The notes under the pieces are model-generated. The model worked only from the letters and a program-made list of their open reading frames with translations. It did not search any database and had not been told where the DNA came from. A program made the position numbers and the translations under genes. A stretch of 64,000 nucleotides of DNA from Eubacteriales bacterium. GTDB lineage: Bacteria; Bacillota; Clostridia; Oscillospirales; CAG-382. Positions 38,137 to 47,062 of the stretch are shown piece after piece. Position 1 is the stretch's first letter. Each line of letters begins with the position of its first letter. The DNA lies in the NCBI GenBank assembly GCA_045652625.1, contig JAZRUR010000041.1, positions 16,494-80,493 of the forward strand, given 5' to 3'.

Positions 38137-39261
38137 TTATTTACGGGGTTTAAAAAATTGATATAGGTTGCATTTTATCATTCCGTTATATAAAACGCGT
38201 TTTTTATCACTTCGTCTGCCGAAATAGCGTTCGAACAGTTCATCTGAAGTTATTAAATACATTTGCCATGATGGAATATTTTTTTCGAAACACTTTCCAA
38301 GTGCTTTATAAAGTTCTCTCGCTTCAGCCAAATCTCCAAGTCGTTCACCATACGGTGGATTTGTTACAATCGTACCACGTGCATCAATTATGGGCGAAAC
38401 GAATTCACGTGCATCTGAAACCTTAAAATCAATACACTTAGAAACACCTGCTTTTTTCGCGTTCTCACGAGCAAGTTCTATTGCCGATGTATCAATATCC
38501 GATCCGAAAATTCTCGTAATCGGCTCACGGATCTCACCCCTTGCCTCTTCCCTTTCGTGTTTCCATACAGTCTTGTCAATCAACGGGAAGTTTTCCGATA
38601 CATACGAGCGGTTTAAGCCGGGCGCCATGTTACAAGCAATCATAGCCGCTTCTATAGCAATTGTTCCGCTTCCGCATAATGGGTCACAGATAATTACATT
38701 GTCGCGCATACGAGAAAGTTTTACCATTGCGCAAGCAAGTGTTTCGCGCAAGGGTGCGGCAAGTGACTGCGCACGATAACCGCGTTTATGAAGACCTATA
38801 CCCGAAGTATCTATCATTAACGTAGCAACATCATTTAGCAAAAAGAACTCTATTTGATATTTGACACCTGTTTCAGGAAAAATACGCATTTTATATTTTT
38901 CCGAAAGTGATGTTACAACCGCTTTCTTAATTATCTTCTGGCAGTCAGGTATAGAAAACAGTTTGCTTCTTATCGAATGACCTTTTACCGGAAACATATC
39001 TTCCTTACCAATGTATTCATGCCATGGAAGGGCTTTTGTTCCCTCAAACAGGTCGTTAAATGTATATGCTTTAAAAGAACCAATCTTGATAAAAAGTCGT
39101 TCCGCAGTACGCAGACGCAAATTACATCTTACAATGCCCTCCGTCGGCGCTTCAAACGTCACTCTGCCGTCGATAGTTTCTATGCGTTTATAGCCTAGTG
39201 CATCAATCTCCTCGCCAAGTAAACCTTCGAGTCCGAAAAGACAGGTAGCAATTAATTCCAT
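38137..39261 (-). CDS. THUMP-domain class I SAM-dependent RNA methyltransferase (RlmL/YpsC-like)
   Basis: An N-terminal THUMP-like region, SAM motif I ICDPLCGSGTIAIEAA and motif IV IVTNPPYGERL. Confidence 0.85.
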   Translation of the reverse strand: MELIATCLFGLEGLLGEEIDALGYKRIETIDGRVTFEAPTEGIVRCNLRLRTAERLFIKIGSFKAYTFNDLFEGTKALPWHEYIGKEDMFPVKGHSIRSKLFSIPDCQKIIKKAVVTSLSEKYKMRIFPETGVKYQIEFFLLNDVATLMIDTSGIGLHKRGYRAQSLAAPLRETLACAMVKLSRMRDNVIICDPLCGSGTIAIEAAMIACNMAPGLNRSYVSENFPLIDKTVWKHEREEARGEIREPITRIFGSDIDTSAIELARENAKKAGVSKCIDFKVSDAREFVSPIIDARGTIVTNPPYGERLGDLAEARELYKALGKCFEKNIPSWQMYLITSDELFERYFGRRSDKKRVLYNGMIKCNLYQFFKPRK

Positions 39262-39282
39262 TATTATCTCCGATGAAAATAA

Positions 39283-41103
39283 CTATTTTTTATTCTTTTT
39301 CTTTATAACTAAAATCACAACTATTAAAAGCGCGACAACTGGGACAACACTTACAACAACCCAAATAACCCAGTTGTCGTTACGTTGAACAGAGACAGAA
39401 GTGTCAACATTAGTATCATCGACCGAACCTATTGATGCTACGGATGAAGTGTCGCTCTCAGGTTCAGAAGTATTATCACTTTGTATATTCTTTGTAGCAC
39501 CAACCAGCGCTTCACCGCAGAATACAAAGTTTGCATTTGAATTAATGAAAGAATACTTCACATAACGCGCCGTTACGGGAGCGGACACATGCTTAATGTA
39601 AGAAACGGCGTCAATATACTCAAGTTGCGGTTGAGCGATCAATTTAAACTCTTCACCGTCGTCCGAAATATATATCTTTATATCATCCGCAGGGTCATCT
39701 ATGCCGTAATCTTCGACATGACTGAACTGCATCATAAAGTAAGTCAAATCGTTGCGTGTCGAACCAAGGTCGATAGTCACACTCATTCTTCCATCATCGT
39801 CAAGATGTGATACATGGAATGCGTGCCACTCAGTACCAAGGGGTGAAGAACCTATAACACCGTCGGTAAGTTCCTTACCGTCATTCTTTTGATAATCCGC
39901 ACCACCACCGTCAGAGTATGGCTTGGATGCAACATAATCTTTACCTATAGAAATCCAATCTACATAGTCAGGCAAGGCAAATACTTCACTGCGGTTTGCG
40001 TCAATGTCCTCCTGTGTGAGAGTGCCTTTTGCATATTTATATGTCAAATCATATATCGAACGTGCACGCGCGTCGGAAGAATAACGTGCATTATAATATA
40101 CAGCATTTTTTCCGTCTTGATAATACATCTTGATCGAATCCATTGCGCCGCCTTGCATACAACCTTCAAGATAATCAAGGTATCGGTTGTAATATTCGCC
40201 ATTGCTAAGCGCACGATAGTCTAATTCAATTTCGACGCCCATACCCATAGAGTTACATTCATTTACACATGCTTCAACTCTATTTTTATCTGCCGCAATT
40301 TGCCAATACATATTGGGTTGCATACAAACGGCATCAAATCCAAGTTCCTGCCAGATATTATACCCGTTTGCTCTGTAATAAGGAATCCAAATGAACTTCA
40401 AGCCGAGTGAATGCAGATATTCCGAGGCATATTTAAATAATTCTTTATCTTCCGCTTTATAGAAATATTCTTCGAGCCAATAGAATCCTACCAAATCAAG
40501 ATTCTCATAACCCGCTTCAGTATACAAGCGAATTTGTTCATCAATTATCCATTTGATTGCATATTTGCGGTCTTCGATGTTGGAAAAATCAAGCGCCTTT
40601 CCGCCAAGTGTTCCAAAATTCGCACCCGAAGCCTTGCCGGGGTACAAAATAGTAAAAAACACTCCCGCTTTCTTATCGGGCTCGTTAAGTTCCTCTTTAA
40701 CTTTGCCGAAAGCAGTGTCAAGCGCATCAACGTTTGTACCCTCATAGAAAGTATCTTCTACATAACTGGTCCAGTCTAACGCCTTTGACGGCTTGGATGT
40801 ATCGTAATGCATACTTGCGCCGGATGCGCCCAACTTTACACAAGGAAGAAAAAGATAACTGTCAAAAAAGAAATCTTTAATATTTCCGTCAGTATCGTAA
40901 TATGCCACATACGGCATCAGATCTTCTACATTATGACGTCCGTTATCGGTTCTGCTGGGGTTCCACGTATATGTCAGACAGAGATTTTCATAACCGTCCA
41001 TGTTTGATGTTTGAGGAAAAGATGCGCCGACATTGATGCTAAATAAAGAAAATACCGACGACAATAGCGTGATAGCGAGTATAAACGAAATGTATCTTTT
41101 CAT
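39283..41103 (-). CDS. Secreted DUF4855-like domain protein with a C-terminal discoidin (F5/8 type C)-like module and a C-terminal TM anchor
   Basis: It has a signal peptide. Blocks shared with the 42348..45350 product include LMPYVAYYDTDGNI, FDSYLFLP, GFYWLEE, FIWIPYY and MQPNMYW. It then has LTDGV...ARYVKY (discoidin-like) and VVVSVVPVVALLIVVILVIKKKNKK. Confidence 0.6.
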   Translation of the reverse strand: MKRYISFILAITLLSSVFSLFSINVGASFPQTSNMDGYENLCLTYTWNPSRTDNGRHNVEDLMPYVAYYDTDGNIKDFFFDSYLFLPCVKLGASGASMHYDTSKPSKALDWTSYVEDTFYEGTNVDALDTAFGKVKEELNEPDKKAGVFFTILYPGKASGANFGTLGGKALDFSNIEDRKYAIKWIIDEQIRLYTEAGYENLDLVGFYWLEEYFYKAEDKELFKYASEYLHSLGLKFIWIPYYRANGYNIWQELGFDAVCMQPNMYWQIAADKNRVEACVNECNSMGMGVEIELDYRALSNGEYYNRYLDYLEGCMQGGAMDSIKMYYQDGKNAVYYNARYSSDARARSIYDLTYKYAKGTLTQEDIDANRSEVFALPDYVDWISIGKDYVASKPYSDGGGADYQKNDGKELTDGVIGSSPLGTEWHAFHVSHLDDDGRMSVTIDLGSTRNDLTYFMMQFSHVEDYGIDDPADDIKIYISDDGEEFKLIAQPQLEYIDAVSYIKHVSAPVTARYVKYSFINSNANFVFCGEALVGATKNIQSDNTSEPESDTSSVASIGSVDDTNVDTSVSVQRNDNWVIWVVVSVVPVVALLIVVILVIKKKNKK

Positions 41104-41126
41104 AATTACCCTCCATTATTTTTATA

Positions 41127-41155
41127 ATTTTAACACAAATGCCTATATTTTGCAA
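41127..41155 (-). promoter_or_regulatory. Putative sigma-A promoter of the 39283..41103 gene
   Basis: The minus strand reads TTGCAA (41155-41150), a 17-nt spacer, then TGT-TAAAAT (-10 at 41132-41127). It sits immediately downstream of a terminator. Confidence 0.5.
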
Positions 41156-41165
41156 TGTTTTATCT

Positions 41166-41203
41166 AAAGAAAAGACTGTCGCTATTAGCACTTTGCGACA
41201 GTC
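41166..41203 (-). terminator. Rho-independent terminator after the chrA pair
   Basis: A 9-bp stem pairs GACTGTCGC with GCGACAGTC, with a 12-nt loop. The minus strand continues TTTTCTTT. Confidence 0.6.
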
Positions 41204-41212
41204 AATTTACTT

Positions 41213-41785
41213 TTATGACAAAAATAGTTTTTCTGCGTAACCCGAGAGTATTCCGATACCTGCAGAAGCAAGAATTAAATAAATCGGGTTAACTTTCTTG
41301 AAAGCCAATGTAACCACAATGGCAAATATCACAATAGAACTAAAAAAGTTAAAATCAAATGCAGAAATAGATATTCCTACAGGGAAAAACACACCTAACC
41401 CTAAGGTTATTACTGCTGATGCAATAAGTCCTACTACAACAGGGCGAAGTCCCGTAAGACAACTTTTTACGATAAAACTGTTCTTATATTTAGCGTAGAA
41501 CTTAGCCACTAACAATATTATTACAAACGACGGCATTACAACGCCGAGCGTTGCGCAAACTGCGCCAAACAAACCGCCGGTCTGAACACCGATATATGTC
41601 GCCATATTAATTGCAACAGGTCCCGGTGTTGATTCGGCAACTGCAATAAAATTAAGCAGTTGTTCTTCCGACATCCACTCGTTTGCAAGTACCTCATATT
41701 GCATAAGCGGAAGCATTGCATATCCGCCGCCAAATGTAAACGCACCGATTTTCAAAAAGGTAAGGAATAACTTAAGATAAATCAT
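41213..41785 (-). CDS. chrA: Chromate transporter (CHR family, short single-domain type), second of a pair
   Basis: 190 aa. FLKIGAFTFGGGYAMLPLMQ and AESTPGPVAINMATYIG are CHR signatures. It overlaps its partner by 4 nt. Confidence 0.85.
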   Translation of the reverse strand: MIYLKLFLTFLKIGAFTFGGGYAMLPLMQYEVLANEWMSEEQLLNFIAVAESTPGPVAINMATYIGVQTGGLFGAVCATLGVVMPSFVIILLVAKFYAKYKNSFIVKSCLTGLRPVVVGLIASAVITLGLGVFFPVGISISAFDFNFFSSIVIFAIVVTLAFKKVNPIYLILASAGIGILSGYAEKLFLS

Positions 41786-42351
41786 TTCTTGGCACTCCTT
41801 CCCTTTGCAATCAAAGCAGCAGAAAGACCGATAAGTGCACCGCCGATTATAATAAACAGAACATTAACATTTGTTAACAGAACTATCGAAAATGCAGCGA
41901 CCGCAAGAATAGCAGAAAACAAATTCTTGGGACATTGCTTTGCCATACCCCAAAGCGCCTTTACAATAAGAGCGATAACACCTGCTCGAATGCCGTTAAA
42001 AGCAAACCGTACCACCTCATAATCTAACGCTACTTCTAACACAAATGAAAGGCAAGTAATGATAATAAATGACGGCAGAACAGTACCTAAAGTTGCCGCA
42101 AACGCACCCCAAAAACCTGCCGCACGTGTACCAACAAAAGTTGCGGTATTTATCGCGATAGGACCGGGGGTGGATTCGGCTATTGCAACTATGTCAAGCA
42201 TAGTTGATTCTTCTATCCACTTTTTCTTCTCGGCAACTTCGCGCTGTATCAGCGGCAACATTGCATAGCCGCCGCCGATAGTGAATGCGCCGATTTTAAA
42301 AAAGGTGATAAAAAGCGAAAAATACATTTTAATTTTATTCATTAAAATCAA
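41782..42351 (-). CDS. chrA: Chromate transporter (CHR family, short single-domain type), first of a pair
   Basis: 189 aa. FFKIGAFTIGGGYAMLPLIQ and AESTPGPIAINTATFVG. The listed start is a TTG overlapping the upstream stop, and an alternative ATG lies at 42342. Confidence 0.85.
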   Translation of the reverse strand: MILMNKIKMYFSLFITFFKIGAFTIGGGYAMLPLIQREVAEKKKWIEESTMLDIVAIAESTPGPIAINTATFVGTRAAGFWGAFAATLGTVLPSFIIITCLSFVLEVALDYEVVRFAFNGIRAGVIALIVKALWGMAKQCPKNLFSAILAVAAFSIVLLTNVNVLFIIIGGALIGLSAALIAKGRSAKK

Positions 42352-45350
42352 CCAACCGTAACAGTAACTTTACATTCTTTAGACCAACCAAGGTAATTAC
42401 CTATTCTGTAGGTAAACGTATCAGTTCCTGTGAACCCTTTATTGGGATAATATACGAATTCGCCGTTTTCTGCAAGTGTAACCGTACCGTGTTCGGGCGA
42501 AAACGCTAATTGATACAACTTATTAGTATCATATTCGGTATTCAAATTACCTCTAATCGCGGAATTAACAGAAGTGTTTGAAATAACTTTGCCTACCGAA
42601 TCAGGCGAAATATCAAGAGTACCTTTTATAAAGTCGTGGGTGTAATCATACATAAGTCTAACTCTGGAATCGCTCGAATAACAAGCCGAGTAAAGTATAG
42701 ATACGGCTTGATAGTACATATGAATACAATCATTCATATATCCGTATTTAACGCCGCCGCTAAGATAATTCATATACTTCTTGAAATAATGTATATTGTT
42801 CAAAGCGCTTTGATGTATTTCCATTTCCAAACACATGCCGTTGAGTTTTGCGGTATGCGCGGCATTTTCGATACGTGATGAATTCACTTTCAAATCAAAG
42901 GCATAGTTAGGTTGCAAACAACCAACGTCAAATCCTAACGATTCCCAGTTTGTAGAATTAGAAGCATTATAATAAGGTATCCAGAATAAGTCATACTCTA
43001 ATTCATCAAACATCTCGTTAACTGCTTTAACCGTAGGAGCGTTGTTGCCGTCTACTTTTTCGGAGAACCAATAAAAACCGCAAAGTTCAAGGCAGGCATA
43101 ATTCATCGAATCAAACTTTGCTATTATTCTTTCGGCATATTTTCTCGCAACGTAAACCCGTCCTTCAAGAGTCGTAAGGCTATCGTTTTTACCGTCAAAA
43201 TCAATATCACCGAAATTGCTTAAAGTTCCATCCATGTTCGGAATAGCGACAAAAACTTTTAATTTATAGTTGGAAAGCCCAAGACTGTTTCTAACTTTTA
43301 ATGCCGTTTTATTAAGCGCATCAAAATCACGGTTCTGCGTAAACATCTGGTCGAACAAATAATTCCAATCGGATGCGGTGTTGGTCGAATGACCATAACC
43401 GCCGCTTGGAAGTGCCGCTGAAGACGGCAAGAACAAATAAGCGTCAAACATGGTATCGACAATATTGCCGTTTTCATCGAGGTAACCTACATAAGGAAGG
43501 AAAAAGTCCTGATTTGTGTTAGCGGAATTATGATATATCAAGCAAACGTCATTAGCGCCGCCAATGAGGTCATCAGACGGAGCCGCAAAGGAATTAGTGT
43601 TTTCGTCATTAACAAAATATTCGCTTAAATCATACTTTGTTAAAGATGTCAATGCACTTGCTTTGTTAACGTTCTTTTTACCTGTAATCGTTATTTCATC
43701 AACAAAAACGTGAACGCTTACATCAAAGTATATCATGGCGTAACGGGCACGATAGGTCTTATCTAGTTGTTCGTTTACGGTCACAATCGTTTTAGCCGCG
43801 TTTCCGATTTTCCGAGGAACAGCCTCTTTTGCCAAATACCAATCCGTTCCGTTTTCGGAGAGCACCAACTTTGCAACCGTCGGCAAATAAATACCCGAAG
43901 ATTTATCATCAAGGAACCTTATTTTGAAAGACGATACAGATGAAATATGTCCAAAATCATAAAAAATACTTCTATTGCTACCGGAGTAAAACTGACACCA
44001 ATAACCATTATAGCAATATGTATCGTTAGTTGTAACGCCATCGGTTAGAAGTTTTGTGTTTTCGGGGGCATTATATTGAGAAGCGGTTTCCATGTCCATA
44101 AAACTGTCAGCAACAATTTCGTGTCCAAGTCCTGACAGAAGATTTACAGAGGTATTGTTGCCGTATGAATTTTCCCAATACGAAGGTTCGGAGGTAGTAA
44201 CAAAATCAAAATCTCCGTACATATCCTGCAATCTGTCTTCAATTGTCGTATTTGCGTAAACCTCTACTTCCTCTATATAACAACTACCGTAACTGGAAGG
44301 TGTAGTGAAACGTACATATCGCGCTGAGAATAGTTCCTTAAACATAATGCGAAACGCATAATTGTCCTGATATTGATTAGTCGGGTACGAAACACCTATA
44401 GTATAGTAGTTTTGACCGTCTTTACTTATGCTGATTTCAACATATTTGGGAAGATACATATCATAATAAGAACGGTTGTAGCAATGAAAAGCAAAGCCGT
44501 GTATATTGTTATATACGCTACCCAAATCAACGGTTACAGATATTTGCTGGCTTGCATCAAGGCTAACCCATTGGTCAAGTTCCAACGAGGCACCTACATC
44601 AAAGCCATTAGTAAGCAGTACGTCGTAATCGGTGTTACTATAGTCAAATCTTCTGGCATCCAAGGTATATGAGCACCCTGTAGAAATAACAGAAGAACCA
44701 AGGTTTTCTTTAAATGTTGCTCCTGAAGACATATAATTTCGGTTCTCAACAAGTTGCGTGTCTGTCAAAGCATAGTTAGTATATGTGTTATCTTTATAAC
44801 TTTCTATTCTAACATCATCCTTGACTCCTTCGTCGGAATCGTCATCGCTTGTGTCATCGCTTGTGTCATCGCTCGTGTCATCACTTACGTCGCTGCTCGT
44901 GTCATCACTTACGTCGCTGCTCGTGTCATCACTTACGTCGCTGCTCGTGTCATCGCTTACGTCGCTGCTCGTGTCATCGCTTACGTCGCTGCTCGTGTCA
45001 TCGCTTACGTCGTTACTGGTATCGTCGCTGTTTGTTTCATCATTTCCGCCGTCGTCTATTTCCGGCTGAACGATAATATATGTTTTAAGTACGTGTCGCT
45101 TTATCAAAATATAGTCAGCAATGTCAACCTCGCCGTCAGAATCCACATCGGCTGAATACAACTGTTCTTCATCAAGTTCATAAGTGCCTATTACGGCGCG
45201 TTTGCACAAAACATAGTCAGTCACATCGATAACTTCATCGCCATCAACGTCGCCTATAAGACGCTGATATTCGGTTGTTTCTGCAATAGCCGTTATAGAT
45301 GTTAAAAGGAAAATTGCAGCAAGCATAAACGCTATAGTCTTTCTTAACAT
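42348..45350 (-). CDS. Large secreted protein: signal peptide, N-terminal dockerin, acidic repeat linker, two discoidin-like modules, a DUF4855-like domain and a C-terminal Ig/cadherin-like module
   Basis: 1000 aa with the following parts.
- Signal peptide MLRKTIAFMLAAIFLLTSITAIA.
- Duplicated Ca-binding dockerin segments DVDGDEVIDVTDYVLCKRAVIG and DVDSDGEVDIADYILIKRHVL.
- (DDTSSDVS)n linker.
- LLTDGV/ARYVRF discoidin-like blocks.
- DUF4855-like blocks FLPYVGYLDENGNI, FDAYLFLP, GFYWFSE, LFWIPYY and LQPNYAF.
- C-terminal GFTGTDTFTYRI. Confidence 0.7.
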   Translation of the reverse strand: MLRKTIAFMLAAIFLLTSITAIAETTEYQRLIGDVDGDEVIDVTDYVLCKRAVIGTYELDEEQLYSADVDSDGEVDIADYILIKRHVLKTYIIVQPEIDDGGNDETNSDDTSNDVSDDTSSDVSDDTSSDVSDDTSSDVSDDTSSDVSDDTSSDVSDDTSDDTSDDTSDDDSDEGVKDDVRIESYKDNTYTNYALTDTQLVENRNYMSSGATFKENLGSSVISTGCSYTLDARRFDYSNTDYDVLLTNGFDVGASLELDQWVSLDASQQISVTVDLGSVYNNIHGFAFHCYNRSYYDMYLPKYVEISISKDGQNYYTIGVSYPTNQYQDNYAFRIMFKELFSARYVRFTTPSSYGSCYIEEVEVYANTTIEDRLQDMYGDFDFVTTSEPSYWENSYGNNTSVNLLSGLGHEIVADSFMDMETASQYNAPENTKLLTDGVTTNDTYCYNGYWCQFYSGSNRSIFYDFGHISSVSSFKIRFLDDKSSGIYLPTVAKLVLSENGTDWYLAKEAVPRKIGNAAKTIVTVNEQLDKTYRARYAMIYFDVSVHVFVDEITITGKKNVNKASALTSLTKYDLSEYFVNDENTNSFAAPSDDLIGGANDVCLIYHNSANTNQDFFLPYVGYLDENGNIVDTMFDAYLFLPSSAALPSGGYGHSTNTASDWNYLFDQMFTQNRDFDALNKTALKVRNSLGLSNYKLKVFVAIPNMDGTLSNFGDIDFDGKNDSLTTLEGRVYVARKYAERIIAKFDSMNYACLELCGFYWFSEKVDGNNAPTVKAVNEMFDELEYDLFWIPYYNASNSTNWESLGFDVGCLQPNYAFDLKVNSSRIENAAHTAKLNGMCLEMEIHQSALNNIHYFKKYMNYLSGGVKYGYMNDCIHMYYQAVSILYSACYSSDSRVRLMYDYTHDFIKGTLDISPDSVGKVISNTSVNSAIRGNLNTEYDTNKLYQLAFSPEHGTVTLAENGEFVYYPNKGFTGTDTFTYRIGNYLGWSKECKVTVTVG
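44841..45020. repeat. In-frame tandem repeat (three 12-bp units then six 24-bp units) inside the dockerin protein gene
   Basis: GTCATCGCTTGT-type 12-mers run from 44841 to 44876. Three copies of GTCATCACTTACGTCGCTGCTCGT (44877-44948) are followed by two copies of GTCATCGCTTACGTCGCTGCTCGT and a third, degenerate unit ending GTTACTGGT (44949-45020). The units encode SDDT/DDTSSDVS. Confidence 0.9.
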
Positions 45351-45429
45351 AGAAGCCTCCGTACTATTTGTATTTATAATCTCAAATCGACAAAATTCAA
45401 GAATAAATCCGTTAATTTCATATCTCGGT

Positions 45430-46008
45430 TCAAGCGTCTATAATGATATCGCAAGATGAATAAATATTATAATGTTCAAAATAACGTTCCTCGGCAGGTA
45501 ACCAAATTTTAAGAAATTTTTCGTATTCTTTTTCGCCGTTACGATGAATAATACGTCGTTTCTGAAGGTCAGGGGCAATATCAAAAAACACACTGATATC
45601 CGCATACTTCCCTAACTTAGGGTCAAGACTGTATGCACCCTCGATGATATAACAGTTAGAAACGGGAACATCAATATATTGTTCTATCCGCCCCGATTTG
45701 CAATCAAAAACGCCATATTTGAACGACACTTTCGCTTTAACAAAATCAACAACTTCGTTTTTGAAGCGTTCTAAATCAAAGTTGCCGTCGTATTCAGATA
45801 TGCATAGATTTCCGTTTTTATCCTTGGGGCGGAAAAAGTCGTCCGTGTGAATCACGGGAATGTTCAGTTCATTTTTCAATCTTTCGGCCAGACTTGTTTT
45901 TCCCGAGGACGACCGACCATCAAACGCTATTACTAATGGAATAGTATATTTATGACCTTTGATTAACCTTAAAAAATAGTCAAAGGAATGTTCGTATTCA
46001 ATATTCAT
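45430..46008 (-). CDS. P-loop nucleoside/nucleotide kinase family protein (uridine-kinase-like)
   Basis: Walker A FDGRSSSGKTSLAERL followed by HTDDFF. 192 aa. The substrate is not assignable from sequence. Confidence 0.6.
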   Translation of the reverse strand: MNIEYEHSFDYFLRLIKGHKYTIPLVIAFDGRSSSGKTSLAERLKNELNIPVIHTDDFFRPKDKNGNLCISEYDGNFDLERFKNEVVDFVKAKVSFKYGVFDCKSGRIEQYIDVPVSNCYIIEGAYSLDPKLGKYADISVFFDIAPDLQKRRIIHRNGEKEYEKFLKIWLPAEERYFEHYNIYSSCDIIIDA

Positions 46009-46853
46009 TTCGATGCAACAACTATTTCTTTTATTCTTTGAAGTACAGAATACGGCACTTTCATGTCGCCTTGTCCGATGCCGATTTCAATATGAGGTTT
46101 CATCTTCGCATGATAATCGGAGCCACCGGATATTTCAAGACCAAGTTCTTTAGCAAGACCTTGGAAATACTCTTGCATTTCGGGAGTATATTCGTTATAG
46201 TACCCTTCTATTCCACACAAACCAACAGTTTTAAGTTCAATAAGAAATTTTCTCAGCGATGCATCATCTAGTCGTATAAGATGAGGATGAGCCACAAAAC
46301 TAACGCCGCCTAGGTCATTAATCAACTTTACAGCCGCTCCCGCTGTAAGGTATTGAGTGCCGTCATAAGCAGGTCTGCCGTTAGCGAGGTATTTATCAAA
46401 ACCCTCTTTTACGCTTTGAGTATAACCTTTTTCAACAAGTATTCTTGCAAAATGTGCTCTGCCGATGATGCCCGAGGGTGCAATCGCTTGCGCTTCCTCA
46501 AGCGTAACATCAAAACCAAGTTCACGCAATTTGTTGCACGTATTAACCGTTCTTTGCCAACGGACAGTATTGATATTTGCAAGAGCATCTTGAATAAGTT
46601 TGCCTTTATGATCAATATAAAACCCCAAAATGTGGGTTTCGGTATCCGATTGTACAGAAAACTCAATCGCAGGAACAACTTCAACGCCGTATTCTCTACC
46701 CGCCTCCAACGCCTCATCAATACCTGCAACAGTATCATGGTCGGTCAGGGCGATTGCTTTTAATCCGTGTTCCGCAGCATGTGCAACAAGTTCGCGAGGG
46801 GACATTGAACCGTCGGAGCAATTTGAATGTGTATGAAGATCAATATATTCCAT
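46005..46853 (-). CDS. PHP-domain phosphoesterase (TrpH/YciV-like)
   Basis: N-terminal IDLHTHSNCSDG, LTDHDTVAG and the late GGSDYH metal-ligand blocks. Confidence 0.85.
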   Translation of the reverse strand: MEYIDLHTHSNCSDGSMSPRELVAHAAEHGLKAIALTDHDTVAGIDEALEAGREYGVEVVPAIEFSVQSDTETHILGFYIDHKGKLIQDALANINTVRWQRTVNTCNKLRELGFDVTLEEAQAIAPSGIIGRAHFARILVEKGYTQSVKEGFDKYLANGRPAYDGTQYLTAGAAVKLINDLGGVSFVAHPHLIRLDDASLRKFLIELKTVGLCGIEGYYNEYTPEMQEYFQGLAKELGLEISGGSDYHAKMKPHIEIGIGQGDMKVPYSVLQRIKEIVVASK

Positions 46854-47062
46854 TATTCTTCGTCTTTTCTTACATGTATACCTTTCAAACGCATAAAATG
46901 GTTAGAAAGTCGTATTTCGTCATTACCTTTGGGAATAGCGTCAAAGAAATGGTTATACCCGTAGGTTTCTTTATAAACCGCGCGTGTTTCCGTTCCGTCG
47001 GACCAACGAATTATCACCTTATCGCCTGAGTCTAAAATACATTCATCAACAAGATAACTCAT
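46853..47062 (-). CDS. Hypothetical small protein (69 aa)
   Basis: An ORF translationally coupled at both ends (a 4-nt overlap upstream, a 1-nt overlap downstream). No motif recognised. Confidence 0.45.
   Translation of the reverse strand: MSYLVDECILDSGDKVIIRWSDGTETRAVYKETYGYNHFFDAIPKGNDEIRLSNHFMRLKGIHVRKDEE

Noticed and set aside
44841-45020. Possible CRISPR array, given the regularly spaced 24-bp repeats
   Set aside because: The units are directly adjacent with no spacers. They are in frame within a CDS, and no cas genes are present.
44754-45155. Three overlapping plus-strand ORFs with striking periodic translations (SSLVSSLTSLLV..., CHHLRRCSCHH...)
   Set aside because: They are simply the reverse-strand readings of the 12/24-bp tandem repeat inside the dockerin protein gene. 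The minus-strand frame is continuous with a 1000-aa protein of coherent domain structure.
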